DNA from: Alphaproteobacteria bacterium
GTDB taxonomy: Bacteria; Pseudomonadota; Alphaproteobacteria; SP197
Direction of reading: 5' to 3'
Length of the DNA stretch: 64,000 nucleotides
Assembly (NCBI GenBank): GCA_965220805.1
Contig: OZ244844.1
Span: 3,527,262 to 3,591,261 of the forward strand
Shown here: piece by piece, positions 15,772 through 25,336 of the stretch
How positions within the stretch are numbered: the stretch's first letter is position 1
Layout: each line of letters opens with the position of its first letter
Notes under the pieces: model-generated
Told to the model about the DNA's origin: nothing
Databases searched by the model: none
Seen by the model: the letters and a program-made list of their open reading frames with translations, nothing else
Program-made: the position numbers and the translations under genes

Positions 15772-16893
15772 TCAGGCGGCATCCAGCGCCCGGCAGTCGC
15801 CCGACCGCCAGCCGATTCCGATTTCCTGTCCTGGTTCGAGACCACCAAGGCCCGAACCACGTGGCACCTTGACGACGAAATCGTCGTTGCCGAAAACCTC
15901 CATGCGCACTCGGGTGTGGTCACCCATGTAGATCTGTTCCTGCACCATTGCCGTGAAGACGTCGTCGCAACCATCGCCTTCCGAGGCGCCGACCACCACG
16001 ACCTCGGGACGCAGCGACAGGGTGGTCTGCTGGCCCACCTCGGAAACATTGACCGGCAGGGCCCTGATCGTGTGCCCGCTGGGGAGTTCGACAAGACAGA
16101 GATCCTCTGCGAGCTCCGTAATCCTGCCCTTGAGCCGGTTGTTCTCGCCGATGAACTGGGCAACGAAGGCGTTCTTCGGCCGTTCATAGAGTTCCTCGGG
16201 CGCGTCGAGCTGCTGGATGACGCCATCATCGAAGACCGCGATGCGGTCCGACATGGTCAGCGCCTCACTCTGGTCATGTGTGACGTAGACGAACGTCAGG
16301 CCCACGTTCTGGTGAATGTGTTTCATCTCGATCTGCATCTGCTCGCGCAACTTCTTGTCGAGAGCGCCCAGCGGCTCGTCCATGAGGACGATCTGGGGTT
16401 CGAACACGAGGGCGCGCGCCAGGGCGACGCGCTGTTGTTGACCGCCGGAAAGCTGTGCCGGGCGGCGCCTCTCGAACCCGGTGAGTTCCACCATGGCGAG
16501 GGCATCGGCGATCTTCTTCTCCCGGGAAGATTTTTCAACCTTGTGACACTGCAGGGGAAACTCGAGGTTCTCGTAGACCGTCATGTGGGGAAACAGGGCG
16601 TAGTTCTGGAAAACCATGCCGATATCCCGCTTGTGCGGCGGCACCAGGCGCAGCGAGCGCCCGTTGAGCACGATGTCGCCATGGGTGGTCGACTCGAACC
16701 CGGCGAGCATCATGAGCGTCGTCGTCTTGCCCGACCCGGACGGTCCGAGAAGAGTGAGGAACTCGCCTTTCTCGATCGCCAGATTGAGGTCCTTGACCAC
16801 GAGAACCTCCCCGTCATAGGTCTTCTGGACGTTCTCGAACCGCACCTGGGGCTCGTTGCTCCCGCGATCCGGTCTGTGCGTGCTGTCCGTCAT
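15772..16893 (-). CDS. ABC transporter ATP-binding protein (PotA-like)
   Basis: Walker A GPSGSGKTT, signature LSGGQQQRVALARAL, Walker B VLMDEPLGALD, plus a C-terminal regulatory (TOBE-like) extension. Confidence 0.9.
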   Translation of the reverse strand: MTDSTHRPDRGSNEPQVRFENVQKTYDGEVLVVKDLNLAIEKGEFLTLLGPSGSGKTTTLMMLAGFESTTHGDIVLNGRSLRLVPPHKRDIGMVFQNYALFPHMTVYENLEFPLQCHKVEKSSREKKIADALAMVELTGFERRRPAQLSGGQQQRVALARALVFEPQIVLMDEPLGALDKKLREQMQIEMKHIHQNVGLTFVYVTHDQSEALTMSDRIAVFDDGVIQQLDAPEELYERPKNAFVAQFIGENNRLKGRITELAEDLCLVELPSGHTIRALPVNVSEVGQQTTLSLRPEVVVVGASEGDGCDDVFTAMVQEQIYMGDHTRVRMEVFGNDDFVVKVPRGSGLGGLEPGQEIGIGWRSGDCRALDAA

Positions 16894-17103
16894 TCACCTC
16901 ATCCCGAACGTTTCACCAAGATCTCAAACTCCATCCGGCCCTCGGGCCCGCTGCCGGGCCTAAATACCTGCGACCGCCTCCGCAGGGAAGTGGAATCGCT
17001 AGGTGCAGACTAGATCATACTCGCGCATTATCAATAACGACTCTAGCGAACGGCAAACGACACCGGTAACCCAGATGCGTGATTTTCCAACTGCCGGCCA
17101 TCC

Positions 17104-18405
17104 ATGACCCACCCTTTTTCGTCACCAGGATCCAGAGCCCTGGGGCTCGTAGCCCTTCTCGGGTTCGTCCTCGGGCCTGTGCTTTGTCCCGCGTCAGAGG
17201 ACGGCCCGCCGCTTCCGGTAACGAGCACTGAAGTGACCCATGCCGCCGTTGCCAGCGGGTTGATCGGCGCAGCGGACTTTGAAGCCATCGACGATCCCCA
17301 CGTGGGTCCGCTCCTTGTGGGCCGTCCCGGGACGCCGGATGACCCGGCGCGGACCTTCAGCATCATCATGTTCGAAAGCGGGTCGGGACTGACACAGGTC
17401 CAGTTTGTGATGTCCGCCCCCTGGGAGGGGCTCAACGCTCGCCTCGAGCTCGCAGCCAGTATCGCCAGCCTGGTGGTAACCCTGCCATCGTCCCTGCCAC
17501 CCATGCCGCCTATGGAAGCCGGACCGGTCAGCCTGACACCGATGGCGTCGTGGCTCTACAGCCTGTTCTACGAATCCTGGCTCGGTTGGCCCGGTTCCGG
17601 GAAGAGGCTGGTGCGGGTGCGCGATGGCGTCGCCGTCATCATGGAAGGCACACCTCCGGAAACATGGATCATGACGCTGGCCGTCGACCGCAGTTTTCCT
17701 GACACGACGTGGCCCGGAGATTGGGCCGGGTCCGACTCCCCTGGCGTGACGGAAGCCCGGCTGCTCATTCGCCAGGGCGAGTATCACAAGGCCCGCGACA
17801 TCCTGAGACCCCTGGCCAACAACGGCGACCCCCAAGCCGCCCTGCTCATGGGCGACATGGTAAGGTTCGGCAGGATCGGCATCCCCCACATCGAGCATGC
17901 AACCGACTGGTACCTTGTCGCCGCACGTCACCGTCACCCCCGGGCAATCTGGTCCCTGGCAGCAATGCTGACCGAAGGATGGGGAACATTCTTCATCAAC
18001 AACCTGAAGGGTCAGCTCCTCACGCGGGCCGAAGCCGCCGGCTCGGCAGACGCCCTTCTCGTCCTCGGGAACACCACCCCAGGGGTGAACTACGTGCGTC
18101 CGCCGGGCGTTTCGGCCAGTGATCAGATCCTCAATGCGGCCCGTTGGGGACTGCTGGCTGCCCAGCACGACATGGCAAGACGCTACTCTGAGGGTAACGG
18201 CGTTGCTGCCGACCCGATAGAGGCCTGCGCCTGGGCCATGGTCGCCCTGGAGAACACCGGCCCTGGCGCCAACTATCTCTATTCCCGGCAGCTTCTTGCC
18301 GATCTCGCCTCCGGACTCGACGACGACGGCCTCGCACTGGCGAGGGAAAGAGCCATGAATCTCGTGATCGGGCCGCCTGCATGGTCGCCCCGATCGATCG
18401 AGTGA
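17104..18405 (+). CDS. Secreted Sel1-like repeat (SLR/TPR-type) protein with an unknown N-terminal domain
   Basis: N-terminal hydrophobic signal. The C-terminal half has Sel1-type repeats (AALLMGDMVRFG..., AQHDMARRYSEGNGVAADPIEACAWAMVA). Confidence 0.7.
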   Translation: MTHPFSSPGSRALGLVALLGFVLGPVLCPASEDGPPLPVTSTEVTHAAVASGLIGAADFEAIDDPHVGPLLVGRPGTPDDPARTFSIIMFESGSGLTQVQFVMSAPWEGLNARLELAASIASLVVTLPSSLPPMPPMEAGPVSLTPMASWLYSLFYESWLGWPGSGKRLVRVRDGVAVIMEGTPPETWIMTLAVDRSFPDTTWPGDWAGSDSPGVTEARLLIRQGEYHKARDILRPLANNGDPQAALLMGDMVRFGRIGIPHIEHATDWYLVAARHRHPRAIWSLAAMLTEGWGTFFINNLKGQLLTRAEAAGSADALLVLGNTTPGVNYVRPPGVSASDQILNAARWGLLAAQHDMARRYSEGNGVAADPIEACAWAMVALENTGPGANYLYSRQLLADLASGLDDDGLALARERAMNLVIGPPAWSPRSIE

Positions 18406-18566
18406 GAAACTCCCTTTCCGCCAGGCAAGAATGAGGCTCGCGACGCCTGTTTCCGCAAGACTGCACTGCGAATCGCTCCGGTCCCGGATACAGTCGTGGT
18501 GCTGCGACGCCGGTCTTCCCGTCCTTGCACGAGGCGGGTAGATTGCCGCATCGACGGGAGGTGACA

Positions 18567-19790
18567 ATGCAGGCGCACGACATTCCTGCGGTGGACGACC
18601 TGATCGCCCGGCAACGATCCGGTTTCACCCTGGAACAGCCGTTCTACCGGGATCCCGGGATCTTCAGAAGGGACATGGAGAAGGTCGTTTCCAGATCCTG
18701 GCTCTATGTCGCCCACGAGAGCGAGATTCCCTCGAAGGGCGACTACCTTGTGTACCAGATCGGCGAGGAATCCATCATCCTCGTGCGTGGACGCGATCAG
18801 GTGGTGCGCGCCTTCTTCAATGTCTGCCGACACCGCGGCAGCCGCATCTGCCTTGAGGAACGCGGCAATGCCGGCAAGCTGGTGTGCCCCTATCATGCCT
18901 GGGCCTACGATCTCGATGGCCGTCTCATCGCCGCACGCTCCATGCCCGAAGGATTCAGCAAGGCGGACTATCCGCTCCATGAATGCTCGGTTCGTGTCGC
19001 CCACGGTCTCATCTTCATCTGCCTGGCGGGCGCTGATGATCCGCTGGTTGCGGACTTCAGCGGCATTGCCGACCTGCTCGACACCTATGCCGGGCAGCAC
19101 CACCTGAGGGACACGAAGATCGTGCACCGCGAGGTCTACCCGACCTACGCCAACTGGAAACTCGTCGTCGACAACTTCCGCGAGTGCTATCACTGCTCAC
19201 CGGCCCACCCCGAGTACACGATGGTCAATGCCTACGTGATGGCGCACGAACGCGGTCCGAATACGTACCGCCCGGTGGTCGAGGCCTGGGCCGAGAAGGC
19301 GAGGAAGCTCGGCCTACCGGTGGGCTGGTCGGATGGCGACATCGGTGACCCGCGTCAGCCTCACAGTGTGTGGCGCCAGCCCATTCGCGAGGGCTACGTC
19401 ACGCTTTCGGAGGATGGACAGCCCGTCGCTCCCATGCTTGGCGCCCTTGAACACTGGGATGGTGGCGAGAGCGCCTTCACGCTTGGCCCGCTCTCCTATG
19501 CCTACCTGTGTGCCGATCACCTCACGATGTTCCGCTTCACGCCCGTCACGCCGGAATTCAGCGAAGTCCTCGTCACCTGGCACGTTCGCGCCGATGCCGA
19601 CCTTGCCCGGGACGTCGATCTCAAGCGCCTGATCTGGATGTGGGACGTCACCACCATCGAGGACACGAAGATCATTATCGACAACCAGAAGGGCGTGAAC
19701 TCCGCACGCTATTCCCCCGGGCCCTATGCGGTCCTGGAGGATTACTCCGCAGCCTTCACCGACTGGTACCTGGACCGCATCGCGTCCTGA
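18567..19790 (+). CDS. Rieske oxygenase of the GbcA/CntA/Stc2 (quaternary-amine monooxygenase/demethylase) type
   Basis: Rieske motif CRHRGSRIC...CPYHAWAY and iron motif NFRECYHCSPAHPEY. ATG 18567 is preceded by GGGAGG; the ORF is open from 18525. Confidence 0.85.
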   Translation: MQAHDIPAVDDLIARQRSGFTLEQPFYRDPGIFRRDMEKVVSRSWLYVAHESEIPSKGDYLVYQIGEESIILVRGRDQVVRAFFNVCRHRGSRICLEERGNAGKLVCPYHAWAYDLDGRLIAARSMPEGFSKADYPLHECSVRVAHGLIFICLAGADDPLVADFSGIADLLDTYAGQHHLRDTKIVHREVYPTYANWKLVVDNFRECYHCSPAHPEYTMVNAYVMAHERGPNTYRPVVEAWAEKARKLGLPVGWSDGDIGDPRQPHSVWRQPIREGYVTLSEDGQPVAPMLGALEHWDGGESAFTLGPLSYAYLCADHLTMFRFTPVTPEFSEVLVTWHVRADADLARDVDLKRLIWMWDVTTIEDTKIIIDNQKGVNSARYSPGPYAVLEDYSAAFTDWYLDRIAS

Positions 19791-19822
19791 TTCCCCGACA
19801 TTCCGGGGAAAGAGTCCGGATC

Positions 19823-20212
19823 CTACGCGGCCCTTGCCGCCTGGTATCTCGAACGCAAAAGCGCCGGATCCTCTTCAGGCGGAAGTCCGGCTCGCACCCG
19901 GGCCGGGAGTGCTGAACGCACGATGCGGTAGGACACGGCAAGGCGCTGCCACAGGTGGTCTTCCGCGCAGTCAAAGGGCAGGTTGATCCACGAACGGTGG
20001 AAGTACCGCGCCTTCCTGCCGATGCCCGCATCGATCAGCATCGTCGCCGTCTCGATGCTGTCGGTCTTGACGGAAACGCCTTCATCGGATGCGCCCATGC
20101 AGGCAAACATCTTGCCACCGATCTTCCAGGCATCATGGCCGTCTCCCCAGGGATCCGTGTCCTCCGCGCCCGGAAAGACAGCGCACATCGCATTGATCGT
20201 CACCCGGCTCAT
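19823..20212 (-). CDS. MmcQ/YjbR-family protein
   Basis: MSRVTINAMCAVFPGAEDTDPWGDGHDAWKIGGKMFA... matches the YjbR/MmcQ pattern. Start is ATG 20212. Confidence 0.7.
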   Translation of the reverse strand: MSRVTINAMCAVFPGAEDTDPWGDGHDAWKIGGKMFACMGASDEGVSVKTDSIETATMLIDAGIGRKARYFHRSWINLPFDCAEDHLWQRLAVSYRIVRSALPARVRAGLPPEEDPALLRSRYQAARAA

Positions 20213-20343
20213 GTTCCCTCGACTCCGTCGTGTCACCCTCAGAATCACTACACTCTCCGTGAGGAAGGTGCGACTCGCAATGCCTGATGCGACAGGGCAA
20301 ACTCTCCTCTCGCATGTCATTTGACGATAAGGAGTTTGAAGTC

Positions 20344-21264
20344 ATGGGAATTGCGAAGAAGTTTCTGCTCACCGCCGGTGTCGCCCTCATGTTCACAGGT
20401 CCGGCCGGCGCGGACGTGCCCGAGTCGGAGAGGCCGATCATTGCTCCACTGCACAACTGGACCGGCGCTCAGATATCCACGACCGTCGCAGGGGAGATTC
20501 TCCGGCGCATCGGCTACGACGTCGAATACGTGGCCGTCTCCGCACTGGCGGCGGCACAGGGTATCGCCGATGGCGAGATCACCTATTCGCTCGAATTGTG
20601 GGATAACAACCTGGGTGACCTTTATCCGGTCCTGATCGAGGAGGGCGATATCGTCGACATCGGTGATCTGGGACTCGATGCCCGGGAAGGTTGGCTCTAT
20701 CCGCTCCATGTCGAGAAGGAGTGCCCGGGCCTGCCCGCCTGGGAGGCTTTCCTCGATTGCCACGAGATCTTTGCCACCGCCGAGACCATGCCCAATGGCC
20801 GCTTCCTCGACTATCCGTCGGAATGGCGCAGCCGCGGCGGCGATCTCATTCGCGAGCAGGACCTGCCCTTCGACGTCGTGCCGGCCGGCAGTGAGGGAAC
20901 GATGATCGCGGAACTCAATTCGGCAATGGATCGCCAGGCGCCGCTTGTCATGATGTTCTGGGCTCCCCACTGGGTGCTGTCGGTTCATGAGACCGGCTGG
21001 ATCGACATGCCCGAGGATCTGGTGAACCAGTACAGCCTCCACAAGCCGCGCATCTTCAAGGTCGTGTGGCCCGGAATCCACGATGAGTGGCCCGTCGCCG
21101 CCCGGTTCCTGGAGAACTTCACTCTCGCGAACGGTCCCCAGGAAATCATGATGGACCTGATCGACAACCAGCAACAGGACCTCATTGAAGTGACGAACCA
21201 GTGGCTCGACGAAAACGTGGACGTCTGGCAACCCATGGTCGACGCGGCCATGGCAGGTTCCTGA
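20344..21264 (+). CDS. Glycine betaine/proline betaine-type periplasmic binding protein (ProX/OpuAC family); no adjacent permease or ATPase
   Basis: Signal peptide MGIAKKFLLTAGVALMFTGPAGA, then NWTGAQISTTVAGEILRRIGYDVEYV...ELWDNN, typical of OpuAC-fold SBPs. AAGGAG lies upstream of ATG 20344. Confidence 0.8.
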   Translation: MGIAKKFLLTAGVALMFTGPAGADVPESERPIIAPLHNWTGAQISTTVAGEILRRIGYDVEYVAVSALAAAQGIADGEITYSLELWDNNLGDLYPVLIEEGDIVDIGDLGLDAREGWLYPLHVEKECPGLPAWEAFLDCHEIFATAETMPNGRFLDYPSEWRSRGGDLIREQDLPFDVVPAGSEGTMIAELNSAMDRQAPLVMMFWAPHWVLSVHETGWIDMPEDLVNQYSLHKPRIFKVVWPGIHDEWPVAARFLENFTLANGPQEIMMDLIDNQQQDLIEVTNQWLDENVDVWQPMVDAAMAGS

Positions 21265-21275
21265 CCTTATCCTGA

Positions 21276-21313
21276 CATGACAATGCCGGGGCGCGGGCCC
21301 CGGCATTGTCATG
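21276..21313. terminator. Bidirectional terminator hairpin between convergent proX-like and ffh
   Basis: 16-bp inverted repeat CATGACAATGCCGGGG / CCCCGGCATTGTCATG with a 6-nt loop, read directly. Confidence 0.6.
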
Positions 21314-21346
21314 TGGTCCGGGTGAACGTTGCGGTTCTGGTACCGT

Positions 21347-22747
21347 TCAGGGAAACTTCAGTCCACCCGGCATGTCGATGCCGGATAACGGATTCCCGGA
21401 ATCAGGCATCTCGAAGCCAGGCGGGAGTTGGCCCTTCTTCGCCATCCTGCGGACCTTCTTCATGCTGCCGTTCATCTGGGCATGCATTTTCATGACCCTG
21501 TTGACGTCCTGGATGCGGGTGCCAGAACCGGCGGCTATGCGCTTCTTGCGGCTTGCGTGAATGATGCGCGGATCACGGCGCTCGGCGGGCGTCATCGATG
21601 AGAGGATCGCTTCGATGCGGCCGAGCGCAGATTCGTCGAGTTTCGAGGCTTCCATCTCCCGGCGCGCCCGGGCAACGCCGGGCAGCAATCCGAGAAGGCC
21701 CTGCATGCCGCCCATCCGGCGCAGGTGAGATATCTGCAGGCGCAAGTCGTCGAAGTCGAGCCCCTGTCCGGTCTCCATCTTCCTTGCCAGCTTCTGCGCA
21801 TCCTCCTCTTCCACCACCCGGGCCGCCTTTTCCACCAGGCCCACGACGTCGCCCATGCCGAGAATCTGGCCGGCCAGCCGGTCGGGGTGGAAGGGTTCGA
21901 GCTGGTCGAGTTGTTCGCCGGTTCCCATCAGCTTGATGGGACACCCGGTGACCTGCCGCATCGAGAGGGCAGCTCCTCCGCGGGCATCGCCGTCGATACG
22001 GGTGAGCACGATACCGGTGACACCGGCGCTCTCGTGAAATGACCTGGCGCTGTTGACCGCATCCTGCCCGGTCATGGCATCCGCCACGAACAGCACTTCG
22101 CGGGGCGAGGCCAGGTCCCTGACGCTTGCCAGTTCCTCCATCAGTTCATCGTCGATGTGGAGTCGGCCTGCGGTATCGAGGAGAACGACATCGGTGGCGC
22201 TGCGTCGCGCTGCCTTGAGAGCGCGCCGGGCAATGGCAAGGGGGCCTTCTCCGGCAACGATCGGCAGGGTCTCAACCCCAGCCTGTTGTCCAAGAACCGC
22301 CAACTGCTCCTGGGCCGCCGGACGGCGGACATCCAGGGAGGCCATCAAGACCTTCCTTTTCCCTTCCCCCTCCTGGAGCCAGCGCCCGATCTTGGCCGTG
22401 GTCGTGGTCTTGCCGGAACCCTGGAGACCGACCAGCATCATGGCGACCGGGGGATTGCCGGCAAGATCAATCTCGGTGGTTTCGGACCCGAGCGTTTCCA
22501 CCAGGTGGTCATGCACGAGCTTGATGACCTGCTGGGCCGGATTGACACCCGGCAGCCTCTCCGCACCACGCGACCGTTCGCGGACCGTCTCGACGAACTG
22601 CCTGGCGACGGAGAGCGCTACATCGGCTTCAAGCAAGGCGGCACGCACCTCGCGCAGGGCAGCATCGATGTCGCTCTCGCGCAGGGAGCCCTTGCGCCGC
22701 AGTCGGGTGAAGATTCCCTCGAGGTTGCTGGTGAGCCTGTCGAACAT
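21347..22747 (-). CDS. ffh: Signal recognition particle protein Ffh
   Basis: MFDRLTSNLEGIFTRLR... N-domain, GLQGSGKTTT G-domain, Met-rich M-domain. The track ORF carries a spurious 92-codon N-terminal extension. Confidence 0.95.
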   Translation of the reverse strand: MFDRLTSNLEGIFTRLRRKGSLRESDIDAALREVRAALLEADVALSVARQFVETVRERSRGAERLPGVNPAQQVIKLVHDHLVETLGSETTEIDLAGNPPVAMMLVGLQGSGKTTTTAKIGRWLQEGEGKRKVLMASLDVRRPAAQEQLAVLGQQAGVETLPIVAGEGPLAIARRALKAARRSATDVVLLDTAGRLHIDDELMEELASVRDLASPREVLFVADAMTGQDAVNSARSFHESAGVTGIVLTRIDGDARGGAALSMRQVTGCPIKLMGTGEQLDQLEPFHPDRLAGQILGMGDVVGLVEKAARVVEEEDAQKLARKMETGQGLDFDDLRLQISHLRRMGGMQGLLGLLPGVARARREMEASKLDESALGRIEAILSSMTPAERRDPRIIHASRKKRIAAGSGTRIQDVNRVMKMHAQMNGSMKKVRRMAKKGQLPPGFEMPDSGNPLSGIDMPGGLKFP

Positions 22748-22766
22748 GGGCACTCCCCTTGAGGGC

Positions 22767-23249
22767 TCAGGACTCTTCCCGGACCATCCGGTAATGGAAG
22801 TCGCAGTAGTCCGCGCCCTGCATGATCGTCTGCGTGCGCCTGAGGCGGATGCGCGGATCATAGCCTGTCGCGAAGGTCGCATCGCGATTGCAGGAGAGTT
22901 CGAAACCGATTTCCGCCAGCCCCATCTCCCTGTACATCTCCGCATAGCGGCACCGCGTGACACGATAGACGTACTCGTCTTCCGTGCTGTGCGCGACTTC
23001 TGTCTCAAGGGCGCCATCGGCATCCCAGAGATGCTGGAAGGACAGAAATCCGCGGAGTCCCCCTGGGCCTCCGTTCTTCTCGGCGAACTCGCGTCCCTCG
23101 GCGATGGCCGCCTCGACGATCGCCGATGAAAGGATCCGGCGCGCCCCTGCCTCGCCGACCTCGGCCTTCATGGCCTGCCAGAGCGGCCGGACAACCTCTG
23201 CCTGAATGCGCCGCCTTTCGAGAACCGGCAGGCGATTGAGCGTCGTCAT
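22767..23249 (-). CDS. L-2-amino-thiazoline-4-carboxylic acid hydrolase-like (ATC-hydrolase family) small protein
   Basis: Pattern TRCRYAEMYREMG..ELSCNRD....G........RTQTIMQGADYCDFHY recalled from that family. Start is ATG 23249. Confidence 0.6.
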   Translation of the reverse strand: MTTLNRLPVLERRRIQAEVVRPLWQAMKAEVGEAGARRILSSAIVEAAIAEGREFAEKNGGPGGLRGFLSFQHLWDADGALETEVAHSTEDEYVYRVTRCRYAEMYREMGLAEIGFELSCNRDATFATGYDPRIRLRRTQTIMQGADYCDFHYRMVREES

Positions 23250-23315
23250 CGGGGTCACCTCGTCTGCCAGGTGGGCATGGACGCCGGTGGCGTCCGCCCC
23301 TATATACCAACAGCC

Positions 23316-24143
23316 ATGGATCCTGTCAGTTTCGTCAAGATGCACGGCCTGGGCAATGATTTCGTCATCATCGACGCCCGGGAGCGTGCCGCGCCGCTTC
23401 CCTCATGCGCGATCCGCACGATTGCCGATCGCCGCGTCGGTGTGGGATGCGACCAGCTCATCCGTCTCGAACCTTCGATTGCGGGCGATGCCTTCATGCG
23501 CATCTGGAACCCGGACGGCAGCGAGGCCGAGGCCTGCGGCAACGGAACCCGCTGCGTCGCCCGGCTTCTCATGGAAGAGACCGGAAGGGATGATGCTGGC
23601 ATCGAAACACGGTCCGGCCTGCTGAAGGCTCGCCGGTGCGGAGTGGAGATGTTCGACGTTGACATGGGCAGCCCCCGATTCGGCTGGCGGGACATCCCGT
23701 TGGCGAGGCCGTCTGACACGCTTCAGGTTGATCTCGGCGATGCCGCGCCTTCGCCTGCCACCTGTGTCAGTATCGGTAATCCGCATGCCGTCCTCTTCGT
23801 CAAGGACTGCGATGCGGTTGACCTTGCGACGACTGGACCGCTGCTCGAAGAACACTCTCTCTTCCCGCGACGGGCCAACATCAGCTTCGCCACGGTCGAG
23901 ACGGAGTCGAGACTGCGGGCGCGGGTCTGGGAGCGGGCGGCCGGCGCCACGCTCGCCTGCGGGTCTGCGGCCTGCGCTATCGCCGTCGCCGGTCACCGGC
24001 GCGGCCTCACCCTGCGCCATGTGACCGTGGCCCTGCCCGGCGGCGACCTCGACCTCGACTGGCGCGAAAACGGACACATTCACATGGCCGGACCCGCCCG
24101 CCTGGTGTGCAGGGGAACCCTCATGCCGGAGATCACGGCATGA
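23316..24143 (+). CDS. dapF: Diaminopimelate epimerase
   Basis: FVKMHGLGNDFVIID N-terminus; the two catalytic Cys contexts (EACGNGTRC, LACGSAACA). Confidence 0.9.
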   Translation: MDPVSFVKMHGLGNDFVIIDARERAAPLPSCAIRTIADRRVGVGCDQLIRLEPSIAGDAFMRIWNPDGSEAEACGNGTRCVARLLMEETGRDDAGIETRSGLLKARRCGVEMFDVDMGSPRFGWRDIPLARPSDTLQVDLGDAAPSPATCVSIGNPHAVLFVKDCDAVDLATTGPLLEEHSLFPRRANISFATVETESRLRARVWERAAGATLACGSAACAIAVAGHRRGLTLRHVTVALPGGDLDLDWRENGHIHMAGPARLVCRGTLMPEITA

Positions 24144-25336
24144 GCCATGTGGTGAACTTCGGCTGTCGCCTCAACGCCCGGGAGGCGGGACTCATGTCCC
24201 GTCACCTGGAGTCGGACGGTGTGGAGAACACGATCGTCGTCAACACCTGCGCCGTGACGGCCGAAGCCGAGCGCCAGGCTCGCCAGACGGTGCGCCGGCT
24301 GCGCCGTGAGAATCCGTCGGCCACCATCGTCGCCACCGGCTGCGCCAGCGAGATTGACCGCCAGGCGTGGGCCGCCATGCCGGAAATCGACCGTATCGTG
24401 GCCAACGGCGTCAAGACCCGACGCGAGACTTGGACCACGGCGTCGGACCCGCATCAAACCATTCCCCCGGCGACGAGGGCCCGAACCCCCGTCGAGGTGC
24501 AGAACGGTTGCGATCATCACTGCACGTTCTGCATCATCCCCCGCGGCCGCGGCCCTTCGAGAAGCCGCCAGACGGACGATGTCATCAACGATGTTCGCGA
24601 CATCGTCTCGTCCGGATGCAACGAGGTGGTGCTGACCGGTGTCGACATCACGGCATGGGGTCAGGACCTCCCGGATCGGCCCCGCCTCGGTGACCTTGTT
24701 TTCGCCATCCTCGCCGGCGTACCCGAACTGCCCCGTCTCAGGCTGACCAGCCTGGATGTCGCGGAGGTCGACGAAACACTCCTCGACGCCATCGCCTCCG
24801 AGGAGCGCCTCATGCCTCATCTCCACCTGTCACTTCAGGCGGGTGATCCCATGATTCTCAAGCGCATGAGGCGGCGGCATACACCGCAGGATGCTGTCCG
24901 CTTCTGCCGAAATGTGCGCCGGCTGCGTCCGGATATCGTGTTCGGTGCCGATCTGATAGCCGGATTCCCCACCGAATCGGAGGACATGTTTGCCAACACC
25001 CTGGACCACGTGGACGACTGCGGACTGACATGGCTCCATGTCTTCCCCTATTCCGAGCGGCCCGGAACTCCTGCAGCCAGGATGCCGTCTCTTCCGCGCC
25101 ACGTGAGAAAGGAGCGTGCAGCGAGGCTGCGCCAGGCCGGTGCGGCGGCGGCTGCATCCTGTCTTGACTCCCTTGTTGGCTCCACCTCTGCCGTTCTCGT
25201 GGAAGCCCCGGGGAGAGGCCGCACGGAACACTACGCCCCGGTGGCGACTCGAGCGGACCTCGCGACGGGCAGCATCCACCCGCTCGTCCTCGCCGGCCGC
25301 GACGGTGACCGGCTTCTCTCGGGACCGGCCCCTTGA
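24140..25336 (+). CDS. mtaB: Radical-SAM methylthiotransferase, MtaB type
   Basis: N-terminal UPF0004 domain (NFGCRLNA, VNTCAVT), radical-SAM CDHHCTFC, TRAM-like C-terminus. ATGA overlap with the dapF stop. Confidence 0.85.
   Translation: MSHVVNFGCRLNAREAGLMSRHLESDGVENTIVVNTCAVTAEAERQARQTVRRLRRENPSATIVATGCASEIDRQAWAAMPEIDRIVANGVKTRRETWTTASDPHQTIPPATRARTPVEVQNGCDHHCTFCIIPRGRGPSRSRQTDDVINDVRDIVSSGCNEVVLTGVDITAWGQDLPDRPRLGDLVFAILAGVPELPRLRLTSLDVAEVDETLLDAIASEERLMPHLHLSLQAGDPMILKRMRRRHTPQDAVRFCRNVRRLRPDIVFGADLIAGFPTESEDMFANTLDHVDDCGLTWLHVFPYSERPGTPAARMPSLPRHVRKERAARLRQAGAAAAASCLDSLVGSTSAVLVEAPGRGRTEHYAPVATRADLATGSIHPLVLAGRDGDRLLSGPAP

Noticed and set aside
22748-23023. N-terminal extensions offered by the ORF track (ffh to 23023, yejF from 38420, Rieske 2 from 18525, hydrolase 1 to 4183, and others)
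   Set aside because: The canonical protein N-termini and Shine-Dalgarno sequences sit at internal starts. The extensions overlap neighbouring genes or look non-coding.
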